Shown piece after piece: positions 37,501 through 47,553 of a stretch of DNA of 64,000 bases. The position numbers and the translations under genes are program-made. The stretch spans positions 62,001 to 126,000 of IMG/VR virus record IMGVR_UViG_3300034050_000451; one strand, given 5' to 3'. The notes beneath the pieces are model-generated. The model worked only from the letters and a program-made list of their open reading frames with translations. It was not told where the DNA came from and made no database searches. The first letter of the stretch is position 1, and each line of letters starts with the position of its first letter.

Positions 37501-40500
37501 TATAATATGAGATTTTAAATCACTTGGTACTTCTGGATATGCACTTTCAGGTTGGTCATAAAGTAATTCTTGTATAAAATCATAATATGATAATGGAAAA
37601 TCACCAGTTTGCCTTACTTCTAAATAATTTGCACCAGATGGCCATGCAATATATGAGTCTAAAGAAGAAGATACGACTTGCAGTGATGATGTTGTGTGGA
37701 ATGCAATTTGATAAGATGAACTATCTGCATATAATCCATTTGATAAAAATAATTTTGAATTACCAATTTCACTATTACTTGCACTATTACTTGCGCTTAA
37801 TATTCTATGATTCGTAGTAAGTGTACCAAATACCGTTAAAAGTGCAGAACCACTACCATCAAATGGATTAGGTCCTTTAAGTGCTCTATTTGCTCCAAAA
37901 CCTACTAGATTATTCAACCCAGCATATACATCATTATGTAGAGATGCTGTTACTTCCGTATTATATTGATATCCAACGGGGAATGTAGTTGGGAAGTAGA
38001 TACCAGATGGGTCAATTATCCATCCACCAAATTTACCAGCAGATGCTGATACAATACCAGATACATTTAATTCATTTCCATCCCAACGTAAGTGTCTTGT
38101 ACCATCACCATTTTCAATTGATAATAATCCAGTTGTTCCAGCAGTTCCAGTAGGTCCACCATCTTCAGTTACACCAATATAAACTCCCTTTTGTCCATAA
38201 CCTTGAATTGATTGTCCGATTGATATATATGGTTCACTATCTCCACCATAAATTGTAATTTGTGGATTAACATCATATGAAGTTGCTGGTGAACCTACAT
38301 TAATTGTATTTTTAATAAATGATTCTTCGAAGATACCAATCTTAGCTGCTACAAAGAAATCTTCTTCTCCTAACTCTTCCCAATAATCAGTTTGAGTATT
38401 AGGTTGTTTGGCGCCAATTAAAGTATATCCAGAGGGTACAGTATCAATTGATTGAGTATATAATCCAGAAACAGTATTTGATAAATAAGTATGAGGACCC
38501 GATGGTAATTTAGTTGCGTAATACATCTCAGGTGTACCATCTCCATTCTTATCAAATAAAACTGCATCTCTCCTTTTCTGATTTAAATCAAAAAGATAAT
38601 TAGTTGAACCACTCCACTCTCCTCTAAATACAACACCAGGACCAGTTGCTCCTTCAAATACTGTTGTTAATGATTGTGATAAGAAATAAGTTGCTCTACC
38701 ATTTTCTATATCAACTTTATAAACAATTGTAGCTGCTTTATTATCTTGTGGATTTGCCCAAGTTTGAATTGGTGCCACCGTAGCAGGACTTCCTGTTGGT
38801 CGATTTGTTTGAGTTATAAATCCGGGTTTACTATATAATGATGCTGAGAATTCTCCCAATGTACCAATAACATTACCAATTAAATCTAATGTTTCCTCAG
38901 AGTAAGTACTAACATGCGTTAATTCAGTAGTTCCTTTAAATGCTCTAATTTGTGTACCAGTACCAGTTAACGTTGTACTTCCATCAGTTTCAACTAATAC
39001 AGCAGTTGCTGGATTTGTTAATGAAACTTGATAGTTATCAGCTCCCGCTTTTATACCAGTAATAGTTACTTCAGATGTAGCAATTACCCCAGAGGTAGTA
39101 TTACCATCTCTAATTTGAACTTGCCATGTTGCATTTTCGCCAGGAGATGTAGCATCACCGGAACCAATTTCAAATACATTATCAGTACTAATTGTACTAT
39201 AAGCAAATCCATCTTTAAAATATTGGTAATAAGTTTGAGATGCGGTAACATTAAATGCAGTTGCCGTTAAAAATATTGAATCTAAGGGAGAAGTTACTAC
39301 ACCATCTCCATCAAAATTAACTACTAATGATGATGCAGCCAAACTAACCGAACGAGCATTTACTCCTTCTTTTTGTTTTGTAAAAGATTGTGTACGAGTT
39401 ACATATTGTGAACCAGTTACAATACCATTTGTAATTGAAAATGGTCTTATTAAAATTGAATAATCAATACTAGCTGAATCATCCGTCATATTACTCATTG
39501 ATACAAATAACATTGTATCATTTAACCCATTATCAGTTGTTTCCGTTTTTGATGCAGTTAATAAACCAACAGTAATATTATTTACCGAAATAGATGCGGT
39601 AAATGTTCCTGGTAATTCTTGTGAATTAAACTCTAAATATTCATCACCTTGCTTAACTTTTAAAGTTGTGTTTGTTGTTGTGTAATCATATACACCACCA
39701 TTTTCATCAGCAGATAACGCGAGTATTGTTGGGGCTAATTCAATATTGATTGCAGCTGCCCCATCAACACTTTTTTGGAATTGTTGAAAGAAACTTTGTG
39801 TATAATAAGATGCGGTATAGAATGGATGAATTTCTAATTTATATTCAACACTAGCGGTTAAATCAGTCATATTGCTAAATCCACTTATACTCATAGATGC
39901 ATCTCCCATTATTTCATCAAAGGTAGAATATTGAATTCCTTTTGTAATAATAGATGCAGTTGTAAATGTACCCGGTTTTTTACTACTTGTAAATATAAGT
40001 GGTAAGAATCCCTGCGTTATAGTAATATCCGTAGCTGCTGTTTCATAACTAAATACTCTACCTCTTTGGTCAGCATTTAAAGTTATTGGATTTGGATTAA
40101 TTTTTACTACAATTGCATCATCACCCGGGTCTCCATCGGGTACAGATACGAATGTTTTATCAATACTAATAGATGCTGATGTATAATCTTCTAAATAAGT
40201 AAATTTAGTACTTAATTGTTTTGTTTGAACTGCTTCATAAAATGGAATACCATTTTGACCGGGAATACCACTATTAATTATATTATTATCAAAATCCGTT
40301 ACCTCAACACTAATTCTTCTATCAAATGTACCGGTAACATAAAACATATAGTAATATGGTTCAATTGTTTCCGGGTCAACAGACATCGATGGGAATATAT
40401 TCAATGTACCACTTATAGGTGCTTCGTTTGTTCCTCTCAAATAGAATGAACCAGTTACTCTACCAATATTTGGAGTAAACTCTCTTTCGGTTCTTGATTT

Positions 40501-42921
40501 AATACCAAATTGTTCGGTATCGATTGGTATAAATCCAGATGCTAAACCATCTTGTAAATCGGTTAGGATAATTGAAGTTAAAATATCATTTTGAGTTGGA
40601 CCATCCATAAGGAAAACCGTCAACTCCCCATCAATAGAATCTCTATTAAATGTTGCGTTATAATTCAACTCACCACTACCAGTTGTACCAGCTTTTAATC
40701 CTCTAATAAATCCACTACTACTTGCTTCAGATAATAGATAATATGATGATGTTGGTTGTCCTAATGGTGTTAATGATGATGATAATACTCTTAACTTTGC
40801 ATCGGAGAATCCAATTTGTGGTAATCCATTTTTTAATATAATTTCATTTGTACCATCAATACGAATAGCTTGTAGTTCTAAATCGTTATCAGAACTATTC
40901 TTTATAAATGTTCCTCTATAAGGTCTAATTTCAAAGTTTACACCACCCTTACCATCAGCAACTCTTGTAATTACAACTTCATCAGTTACTCCTTCTACTT
41001 CTCCAGTAAATCTGATATATTGTACAGTGATATCATTTCTAGAACCAGTAAAATTAGAAACGTTTAATGTTGGAGTAAGTGTGTTTATATTATTTAATAA
41101 ACCCGGATATCTTCCACCAATATATTCAGATGGTAATATATAATCACCAAACTCATCATAGGCACCAGACGTATATGTGATTGAACCAGTTATTACACTT
41201 GTTTCAACATTAAATATAATTGTAGTTGGTGGTAATGGATTAGCAGGTGCAGATGCGGAATCAAACGCAAAATATAATTGATTTGGTGTAATTGTAAGAC
41301 TCTTATTATAAAGATTCAAATTACCACCATCAAATGTTTTTGTTTTTTCTACTGCTACTGGAATGTAATTATTGTTAATATCGTAGAATTCAAAACGATA
41401 ATCAAATGTTTCTTTTTGTAATGTTTTTGGTACAGTTTGTACAAATGTTATTTCATCAGGTGAAAATGAAGTTTCTTGCGATGCTTTAAAACTAATATCA
41501 CTTATATACCAATCACTTCCCTTAACTTCAAAATATAATCTAGCATTATCAAAATCATTAGCTATAATATTTTCACTTAAGTTTACTTTTTGTAATACTG
41601 AAGTTGATGAATCAATTGTAGTAATTGTTTGAGATGTAGGTGTTCCATTTAATGAACCACTTAAAAATACTTTAATAAAATCACCAGTTGTATTTTGTGA
41701 TTTTCTTGCATTTAAATTTAATGTATATTCAACACCTTGTTGGATACTTAAACTTTGAGTTGTATAAAAATACGTTCCCGCATTTGAATTTATTTTGGCC
41801 GAATTAAATAAGAAATCTCTATTAAATTCAACCGAAACTGCATTTGATGAGGTTAACCAATAATTATCTAACCTAATATCAGTTAAATTACCATAGTATT
41901 CTTCAGTAGCAGTTACAGTTTCAATATCTCTTAATAATTCATTAGATTCTAATTGTAAATCTTGAACAAATTCATAATCAGTAAGATTTGATTGAGAACG
42001 TCTAAATACTTTAACTCTTGCCGCATCACCAACGAATGTTTTCATATCGGTGATATTGATTTTTGCAAATGAACCAGTAAGTGCAGTTGCTAAATCAGAA
42101 ACCCCCTCCAAATAATTGAATGTTACTGAGTAGTTTTGATTTGTAAATGATTTTACAATACCATTTTGAGAATATGGTGTAGTTACTATAATTTCAGTAT
42201 CGCTTACAATATCATCAATTATACTACTATAATTTAAGCTATCTACCGTAATAGTTTGACCAACAACAGACCCTGTCCAATTATCACCACTAGCTACATT
42301 TAATCTGTATGATGTTGGTAATGTGAATCCCGTTAATTTTGCGTTTTCATTTGGTACTAAAGGAACACCATTAACAGTACCTGTCTTAGTTATTGCTAAT
42401 GAATTATTATTAAAAATTGGTTTATTTATTTCAGTAATCTCAACTTGAGGTCTACGATAAAATCTAACTCTATCTTCATTGGCAAGGTTTTTATTAACTT
42501 GAAAAGTTCTTTCCCATTTAACATTATATGCACCCTTCCATTCAGCAGGAATATCTCTTGTTACACCATTGTCAACATATTGATTAAGTTCACCTAATAC
42601 AGTAACTTTACCTAATCCAATTGGAGTATCTTCATAAATGTAAACTGCTATTAGTTTGGAAATTCCTTCATAATATTCAGGTATACCATTTCCAGGTTCG
42701 TAATAGATAGGGTCACCATTAACATCTAATATTTCAATTTTGATTTCAGTAGATGGTTGCAAGTATTGCGAACCTTCAATTAGGAATCCATTTTTACCAC
42801 CTGTAAACGTATCATTAAATTCAGTAATTCTGAAATAATCCGAATTTGGGTTATTATCTATTACAAATGTACCAAATGATGATAAATTTTGTTCTGGTGA
42901 ATATTTTTTAATTCTAGCCAT
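34552..42921 (-). CDS. Giant tail fibre/tip protein with Ig-like repeats, two tandem Hint domains and a C-terminal fibre domain
   Basis: Repeated (D/E)G..A..V.L modules, YNIGNSSNRF, C-terminal YQKLSDGSIIQWG...VTFPVTF; followed by a chaperone gene. Confidence 0.8.
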   Translation of the reverse strand: MARIKKYSPEQNLSSFGTFVIDNNPNSDYFRITEFNDTFTGGKNGFLIEGSQYLQPSTEIKIEILDVNGDPIYYEPGNGIPEYYEGISKLIAVYIYEDTPIGLGKVTVLGELNQYVDNGVTRDIPAEWKGAYNVKWERTFQVNKNLANEDRVRFYRRPQVEITEINKPIFNNNSLAITKTGTVNGVPLVPNENAKLTGFTLPTSYRLNVASGDNWTGSVVGQTITVDSLNYSSIIDDIVSDTEIIVTTPYSQNGIVKSFTNQNYSVTFNYLEGVSDLATALTGSFAKINITDMKTFVGDAARVKVFRRSQSNLTDYEFVQDLQLESNELLRDIETVTATEEYYGNLTDIRLDNYWLTSSNAVSVEFNRDFLFNSAKINSNAGTYFYTTQSLSIQQGVEYTLNLNARKSQNTTGDFIKVFLSGSLNGTPTSQTITTIDSSTSVLQKVNLSENIIANDFDNARLYFEVKGSDWYISDISFKASQETSFSPDEITFVQTVPKTLQKETFDYRFEFYDINNNYIPVAVEKTKTFDGGNLNLYNKSLTITPNQLYFAFDSASAPANPLPPTTIIFNVETSVITGSITYTSGAYDEFGDYILPSEYIGGRYPGLLNNINTLTPTLNVSNFTGSRNDITVQYIRFTGEVEGVTDEVVITRVADGKGGVNFEIRPYRGTFIKNSSDNDLELQAIRIDGTNEIILKNGLPQIGFSDAKLRVLSSSLTPLGQPTSSYYLLSEASSSGFIRGLKAGTTGSGELNYNATFNRDSIDGELTVFLMDGPTQNDILTSIILTDLQDGLASGFIPIDTEQFGIKSRTEREFTPNIGRVTGSFYLRGTNEAPISGTLNIFPSMSVDPETIEPYYYMFYVTGTFDRRISVEVTDFDNNIINSGIPGQNGIPFYEAVQTKQLSTKFTYLEDYTSASISIDKTFVSVPDGDPGDDAIVVKINPNPITLNADQRGRVFSYETAATDITITQGFLPLIFTSSKKPGTFTTASIITKGIQYSTFDEIMGDASMSISGFSNMTDLTASVEYKLEIHPFYTASYYTQSFFQQFQKSVDGAAAINIELAPTILALSADENGGVYDYTTTNTTLKVKQGDEYLEFNSQELPGTFTASISVNNITVGLLTASKTETTDNGLNDTMLFVSMSNMTDDSASIDYSILIRPFSITNGIVTGSQYVTRTQSFTKQKEGVNARSVSLAASSLVVNFDGDGVVTSPLDSIFLTATAFNVTASQTYYQYFKDGFAYSTISTDNVFEIGSGDATSPGENATWQVQIRDGNTTSGVIATSEVTITGIKAGADNYQVSLTNPATAVLVETDGSTTLTGTGTQIRAFKGTTELTHVSTYSEETLDLIGNVIGTLGEFSASLYSKPGFITQTNRPTGSPATVAPIQTWANPQDNKAATIVYKVDIENGRATYFLSQSLTTVFEGATGPGVVFRGEWSGSTNYLFDLNQKRRDAVLFDKNGDGTPEMYYATKLPSGPHTYLSNTVSGLYTQSIDTVPSGYTLIGAKQPNTQTDYWEELGEEDFFVAAKIGIFEESFIKNTINVGSPATSYDVNPQITIYGGDSEPYISIGQSIQGYGQKGVYIGVTEDGGPTGTAGTTGLLSIENGDGTRHLRWDGNELNVSGIVSASAGKFGGWIIDPSGIYFPTTFPVGYQYNTEVTASLHNDVYAGLNNLVGFGANRALKGPNPFDGSGSALLTVFGTLTTNHRILSASNSASNSEIGNSKLFLSNGLYADSSSYQIAFHTTSSLQVVSSSLDSYIAWPSGANYLEVRQTGDFPLSYYDFIQELLYDQPESAYPEVPSDLKSHIIKAFDVAVLGIGNVLNFPAMKIYGISEDETRLFLSASNPYGQTIKFNSAASASYYYPNTNGDYTYTQGSLSAGSREFRIISGEGLRLSTSGSTLNQSDKPYLSMGQLSQSFDEVGVFLGFPSGSDDPLFSLRSKDGAYLNYTGDGVNFSGNVQGSTINGSEINGGAINIGIISGSNPIRYNFTVDANGNVNANNAGLSGSINATDGRIGDWIIDADSGNLRDDNSEIIFDPSLPELQFYTGSEKKVIISPSNELTTTTGDVKYFQFTGSGVVYPTPQSVTTNTSNANFVYSSYMVSLPSTGSYNVTAAGALEVALNIPAVSVSIPAGVSHTTSYPSYLPTFNGQFHGGYSSPSVAYAELNLEAVNISTGVVVGRTLLGTAAAVSSYNAGNYYTGEYIEEGGGGTCLVGTSLIEMGDGSFKQIKDIQIGDFIKSLDIDSLTPKYSEENDWTATHISDSEKTIEEVLDIKSYADNEIYNINNGLIECTHSHKHIIKQNGVWCIKTTDKINVGDIFLNSENEEVEITSITINEKTDDVYNIRVSGKHTYYVNGILTHNVKLESFVSVTGDTKIILSSGETILAKDVVEGEKIIAWSWNDKLDNTEVNKFSEFEIAKIKKRKVDKVYKVSAGGKTIRVSDSHGFWLNDNKQIKTVELVAGKSMINIKDGNGIKLVLVDSVEIIKTDEWVYTFSVPGVHNYVSDDIISHNDGTWTYISTNTISGYQNNVSAQTGVTRSMNLTSTGNIRFRYSIRFYGYSGQRANIGSSINSYSFTYQSHTVGPTLANTPTYDTILNVSVPSNFVEIKAGGIQVVSTPDTYVRIPRKPAGSANQEVLKAAGGISYFEKTVGLGVDTSTAINSKGDIIPESDSLYNIGNSSNRFAYTYTDNLIGLGNQHQTNTVASSMSTNNYQKLSDGSIIQWGRINSSANVTFPVTFGSPPVVTCASYRSSNGSNGYNHIYNLTTSGVSLVLDSVDGYWIAIGNLPTG
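35389..35817 (-). other. Hint (intein-like) domain 2, 143 aa
   Basis: SVTGDTKIILSSG, RVSDSH, VYTFSVPGVHNYVSDDIISHN; +1 residue is Asp. Confidence 0.85.
35839..36291 (-). other. Hint (intein-like) domain 1, 151 aa
   Basis: CLVGTSLIEMGDG (block A), ECTHSH (block B), VYNIRVSGKHTYYVNGILTHN (blocks F/G); +1 residue is Val. Confidence 0.88.
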
Positions 42922-42950
42922 TTAACTAAGATTTCTTTGTTGTTTCTCTT

Positions 42951-42958
42951 TATAAGTA
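42951..42958 (-). promoter_or_regulatory. Putative phage late promoter (TACTTATA) of the giant fibre gene
   Basis: Recurrent motif 29 nt upstream of 42921. Confidence 0.6.
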
Positions 42959-42979
42959 TTTGTATTTTTTAAATATACA

Positions 42980-43014
42980 TACTTATTCTAAAGAAAACTA
43001 AAGAGTTCTAAAGA
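42980..43014 (+). promoter_or_regulatory. Putative promoter (TACTTATT) followed by three CTAAAGA repeats at 10-bp spacing (candidate operator)
   Basis: CTAAAGA at 42988, 42998 and 43008, upstream of the RHH gene. Confidence 0.6.
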
Positions 43015-43038
43015 ATGGTTAGTTTAATACGATAAATT

Positions 43039-43212
43039 ATGAATAAGAAATATGCTATGTTACAAATTGATGCTGAGGTTCATCAATTGTTAAAAGATTT
43101 TTGTAAAGATAAGGGTTATAAAATGAATGGGTTGGTTGAGAGTCTAATTAAAGATAAAGTATCCCCATTTAAAACTCAACAACCAACCAATATTTTAAGA
43201 ACTAGAACTTAA
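43039..43212 (+). CDS. Ribbon-helix-helix DNA-binding protein, 57 aa (absent from the ORF track)
   Basis: MNKKYAMLQIDAEVHQLLKDFCKDKGYKMNGLVESLIKDKV...: alternating beta strand, helix, conserved Gly, helix; fills an otherwise empty intergenic gap. Confidence 0.75.
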   Translation: MNKKYAMLQIDAEVHQLLKDFCKDKGYKMNGLVESLIKDKVSPFKTQQPTNILRTRT

Positions 43213-46200
43213 CGCTAGAGAACCCATTCACTTTTTTAATTTCCATTAAGGAATCTACTACATCTCGCATTGAATCAATATGTGATATAATCATCACAAA
43301 GTCAAATTGAGTTTTAAGATAAGCGAACAACATATACAATGATGTTAAGTTCTCATTATCTAATGTTCCAAATCCTTCATCCACTACTAAGAAGTTTGGA
43401 CGAGGCAGGTTACATACGTTGATTAGAGCGATTCTAATTGCCAATCCTGATATAAACTTCTCCATACCACTACACATCTCTAAACTCCATTTCTGGTCAT
43501 CATAGACAATATTAGCGTTGATGTTTTTACCATCCATATCCAATTGAACTCCGAACTCTACAATTTGACCTAAGATATTATTAACCTCACCTTCAATCAT
43601 AGGAAGTGCCTTTGATATCAATTCATATGATATACCATCCTTACTTAATGCATTTAAATAGTATTCATATAATCCAAATTGTTCTTCTAACTCCTCAACC
43701 TCTTTTATTCTCGCCTCAATAGTTTCCTTTTGATTTGTAAGGGATGATACATCACCATTTAAGTTAAGAAGTAATTTATTCTTTTGCTCTACTAATGTTT
43801 TAGAAGATGCTAAATCAGTTCTTACAATTTGAATTTCAGTTCTGATTTCTTTGTTCTTTTGGATTTGTTTTTCATTCTCCAAATAATCAGCTATAAGTTG
43901 TGTAACTTCCTTAACTTCATTCTCTAGCTTAACTTCTTGAGTTTCAATTGTTGATAACTTGTTAATAAGTGTTGATAACTCTCGTTCTACCTTAGTTTCA
44001 TCTGATTTGGTATCACTTAACAACTTCCAACTTACTTCATAATTCAATAATGAATTTACAGATGATTCTAATTCTAACTTAGTTTCATTATACTGAGATT
44101 GCCTTTCCTTAAATTCTTTAATAGATTCAACGGCTTCCTTTTTAGCTTCTAAAATAGTTGCTGAGTTTTCCATACAAACATTACAATCTTCATTGTACTT
44201 ATGGGAATCTAAATGTTCCTTTTTATCATATAAAGATTCTAACTTAATATCAATCTTTTCAATTTCGTTTGTAAGGGTTTGTAATTGCTCCCTTTGAGTT
44301 TTTAATCTACCAATACCACTTTCTATATCTGCTTCATCAAATCCCTCCAATGCCCCTAATAACCTATCTCTATCGGATTGTAATATAACGATATCAGCTT
44401 TAGTTTTAGATTGTTGTTTCAACAAGTCGATTAAATTATTTCCTAATGTCGATTTTTTATTTTCTAATTCAGTTAATGAATATGTATCCGATTTTAAAGG
44501 AACTATTTTTTCGTTGAGAGAAATTAATTTTTGATTGTAGGTATCCACACTTCCAGTTGCTTCATTAAGTTGAGCTTCTATCAAACTATACTCTTTGTTC
44601 TTACTAATAAGGTTAGTTTCTATATCAGCTAATCGTTGAGTGAAATCATCCTGCTTAAACTTTCTGATTAGAGAAGCGTTATCCCTATTTTCATCCGATG
44701 CTATGGTGTATAACTTATCAAATACATCAACTCCCATAAACTGAGCAAGAATCTCTTTACGTTCGGTTTGTGATTTATCAATAAATAGTGCGTTATTACC
44801 CTGAAGTGATAATGTAGTTAATACAAAATCCTCATAACTTCCCATATATTGTTGGATGATGGAATTGGTTTCCCTCCTTTGCTCTCCATTCAAAGAGGTA
44901 ACCAACCCATCTTCAACTTTCCAAAAGTCAACATCAACTTTGATGTTTTTTCCTTTATTAATTATTTTTGCTTTCCTTTCAATAAAGTAATTAATCCCAT
45001 CGATTTGGAAATTAAGTTTACAGTCAAATTCCGTTTTTCTATTATTAAGAATGTTCTTTGCTAAATACGTTCTACTTGTCTTGTCAAAAATACAAAATGA
45101 AATAGCATCAAATAGAGATGATTTACCACTAGCATTTGGTGCAAATACACCAACCATTCCCTTAGCGTTATCAAAACGAATTAAGTTGTTTGGTCCATAT
45201 GAAAACATATTTGAAAACTCAAATGTCTTTGGTATCCATTGTATATTAGGAATACTTTCCTCATCAACTAATCGAGTATTTAATTCTCTATTAATTTGTT
45301 GAATCTTATCAATCGTATCAGCATCAGCGAAGTATTGTCTTTTTAGATAATCTCTAATCAATTCATTTTGGAATTCAACATCCCTAACATTACCAATAGA
45401 AAGTTTATCATCATAATTACCAGTCTTTTGTTTGGATAATGTATCCATTCTAGTTACTGTAAATTCTTCAACTTTGTATTTCTTTTTGATATCAGTTAAT
45501 ACTCTTTTAATTTTAGATGGGTCAGTATTGGAAATACGAACTCTCAAACGAGGTTTTGCCGGCATATCCGTAACCGCTGGTACAACCCCATTAATTACAT
45601 CTAATGTATAAAACCCATAATCATTTTCAATATCAAATTCCTCAAATGTTCTTGATTCAACATCCCATAAAAGGTAACCATGCTTATCCAATGATTCTCC
45701 GTGGTTTTGTTGGATAAGTGAACCAGCATATGCAATGGTAGGAATACCCAACGTTTGTCTTTTATGGATATCACCTAACATAACCATATCAAATCCTTCA
45801 AACATATCAGTTGTAAATGAATTTGATGATACAGTATAACCAATATCAGTTTCTGCATTATTTACAGGCCCGTGAAATAAACAAATTTTATTCTCACCTT
45901 CTACCACTTCAGCCTTTGGCCAATTCTCTTTTTTGTCAAGTATCGAATACACAACAAAAGTAATATTGTTAAAGGGATAGATGCCAGTATCTCTAAGATA
46001 GTGAATTCTTTCATTATTTAAGTTTTCTACGATTGGTGTAAGTACATCCAATCTATAATTATTATTTAAGTTACAGTCGTGATTTCCGGTAATTAAAAAT
46101 GTTTCTTTTAAATTAGCACATTCGGTTAGAAACCAACTAATCTCTCTAACCAATTCCGGACTCATTTCAGTTTTAGCATGGGCAATATCACCAGCCAAAT

Positions 46201-46333
46201 AGATAATAGAATTTTCAATATTATCTTTTCTAACATTTTCTAAAAACTTATTGAATACATCTCTGTACTCATTATGTCTTTTTAAGTTACGGATATGTAA
46301 ATCCGCTAAGTGATAGATTTTTTCTACTTTCAT
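43202..46333 (-). CDS. Fused Mre11/SbcD-Rad50/SbcC (gp47-gp46-like) recombination nuclease
   Basis: Phosphoesterase motifs DLH, GD, GNHD, HG, GDIH; Walker A APNASGKSS, Zn-hook CNVC, signature CSGMEKF, Walker B VVDEGFGTLD, ISH. Confidence 0.92.
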   Translation of the reverse strand: MKVEKIYHLADLHIRNLKRHNEYRDVFNKFLENVRKDNIENSIIYLAGDIAHAKTEMSPELVREISWFLTECANLKETFLITGNHDCNLNNNYRLDVLTPIVENLNNERIHYLRDTGIYPFNNITFVVYSILDKKENWPKAEVVEGENKICLFHGPVNNAETDIGYTVSSNSFTTDMFEGFDMVMLGDIHKRQTLGIPTIAYAGSLIQQNHGESLDKHGYLLWDVESRTFEEFDIENDYGFYTLDVINGVVPAVTDMPAKPRLRVRISNTDPSKIKRVLTDIKKKYKVEEFTVTRMDTLSKQKTGNYDDKLSIGNVRDVEFQNELIRDYLKRQYFADADTIDKIQQINRELNTRLVDEESIPNIQWIPKTFEFSNMFSYGPNNLIRFDNAKGMVGVFAPNASGKSSLFDAISFCIFDKTSRTYLAKNILNNRKTEFDCKLNFQIDGINYFIERKAKIINKGKNIKVDVDFWKVEDGLVTSLNGEQRRETNSIIQQYMGSYEDFVLTTLSLQGNNALFIDKSQTERKEILAQFMGVDVFDKLYTIASDENRDNASLIRKFKQDDFTQRLADIETNLISKNKEYSLIEAQLNEATGSVDTYNQKLISLNEKIVPLKSDTYSLTELENKKSTLGNNLIDLLKQQSKTKADIVILQSDRDRLLGALEGFDEADIESGIGRLKTQREQLQTLTNEIEKIDIKLESLYDKKEHLDSHKYNEDCNVCMENSATILEAKKEAVESIKEFKERQSQYNETKLELESSVNSLLNYEVSWKLLSDTKSDETKVERELSTLINKLSTIETQEVKLENEVKEVTQLIADYLENEKQIQKNKEIRTEIQIVRTDLASSKTLVEQKNKLLLNLNGDVSSLTNQKETIEARIKEVEELEEQFGLYEYYLNALSKDGISYELISKALPMIEGEVNNILGQIVEFGVQLDMDGKNINANIVYDDQKWSLEMCSGMEKFISGLAIRIALINVCNLPRPNFLVVDEGFGTLDNENLTSLYMLFAYLKTQFDFVMIISHIDSMRDVVDSLMEIKKVNGFSSVKF

Positions 46334-47268
46334 AAATTATTAAGTTTGGATAGGATTAAGGAATCCCATTCCGTTATATTTGCGTTTTTAACTAAATCAT
46401 TAACCTCATCAAATCCCATATCACCAGCATCTTTACCAATTGGAATAATGTTTTTAACACTTATCCCATTTTTAGTAAAGTATTCAGAATGTTTAACTGA
46501 ATCACTAACAGCATCCGAATCTAATATGATTGTGATTTCCTTAACGCCTCTTTCAAATATTTTCTTCTTTAATGTTTTTGGTAAAAACTTACCTAAGATT
46601 GGAATTACATTTCTCTTAACTGAGAATGAATCAAATACACCTTCCACCAATGTAATAGGTTCGTTCCAATTGATTTGATTATCAAATACAATTACATCTC
46701 TACTAACAGGTGGATTTTTATATTTCATTGTAGCATCTTCATAAAACGAACGAGCTACAAAATAATTTAATTCATCATTCTCATTATAAGATGGTACAAT
46801 TACTCTACCACCATATAATCCATCTTCACAATACCCCATACCATATTTAAGAATCTCATCTTTAGAAATTCCTCTACGATGTAGATATCCCAACGCTTGG
46901 TTGTATGCGATGTTGATTGATTTTGGTTTGATGTGTAATGGTTTGAATTCTTTTGGAAGTTGTAGTTTAATTACTTCCTCATTCTCATCCGAACTAGTTG
47001 GTGTGTAATCACCATAAATGGATATTATTTTACCCAACTCATTTCTATCCACATTTAATTTGCGGAGTAATGATTGGATACTACGTCCTTTTGAATCACA
47101 AACCCAACAATGCCAATATTGGGTATCCAAATTGACTTGTAGTTTCTTTTTGTGGTGATGACAAAATGGACAATGATGGGTTTGTTCGTTGCCCTTCAAA
47201 GAAGTACCAACGCCTAAAACACCATCTAATACATTTATAACAATTAATTTATTTCTAGCGGAGAGCAT
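46330..47268 (-). CDS. DNA primase-like protein (Zn finger + TOPRIM)
   Basis: CPFC...HCWVC, LVEGVFD and LDSDA. Confidence 0.85.
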   Translation of the reverse strand: MLSARNKLIVINVLDGVLGVGTSLKGNEQTHHCPFCHHHKKKLQVNLDTQYWHCWVCDSKGRSIQSLLRKLNVDRNELGKIISIYGDYTPTSSDENEEVIKLQLPKEFKPLHIKPKSINIAYNQALGYLHRRGISKDEILKYGMGYCEDGLYGGRVIVPSYNENDELNYFVARSFYEDATMKYKNPPVSRDVIVFDNQINWNEPITLVEGVFDSFSVKRNVIPILGKFLPKTLKKKIFERGVKEITIILDSDAVSDSVKHSEYFTKNGISVKNIIPIGKDAGDMGFDEVNDLVKNANITEWDSLILSKLNNL

Positions 47269-47289
47269 ATATTTAAATTATGGTTTATA

Positions 47290-47321
47290 CAAATATACGA
47301 ATAATATTTGATATATCCAAA
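47290..47321 (-). promoter_or_regulatory. Bacteroidota-type promoter for the primase and Mre11-Rad50 genes
   Basis: Minus strand TTTG-N20-TATATTTG. Confidence 0.75.
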
Positions 47322-47522
47322 TTAAATACCAGAATTCTTTACTTCTCTTAAAAATTCAGCTAATAGTTCTAATTGCTTGATTACATTTGTATCACCATTA
47401 CGTGCTTGCATTCCCCTAACAATATCTTGGATTGAAGTTGCTGCTACAATTAGAGCATCATCCTTTGAATTTAAGAATGCTTCCGAAATATTGAATTTTT
47501 GTGCTACTTGTGTTAAGTTCAT
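47322..47522 (-). CDS. Hypothetical 66-aa protein (possible HTH-like N-terminus)
   Basis: MNLTQVAQKFNISEAFL; preceded by host-type promoters. Confidence 0.6.
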   Translation of the reverse strand: MNLTQVAQKFNISEAFLNSKDDALIVAATSIQDIVRGMQARNGDTNVIKQLELLAEFLREVKNSGI

Positions 47523-47553
47523 AATATGTTCTATTTAATTTATAGTTTATACT

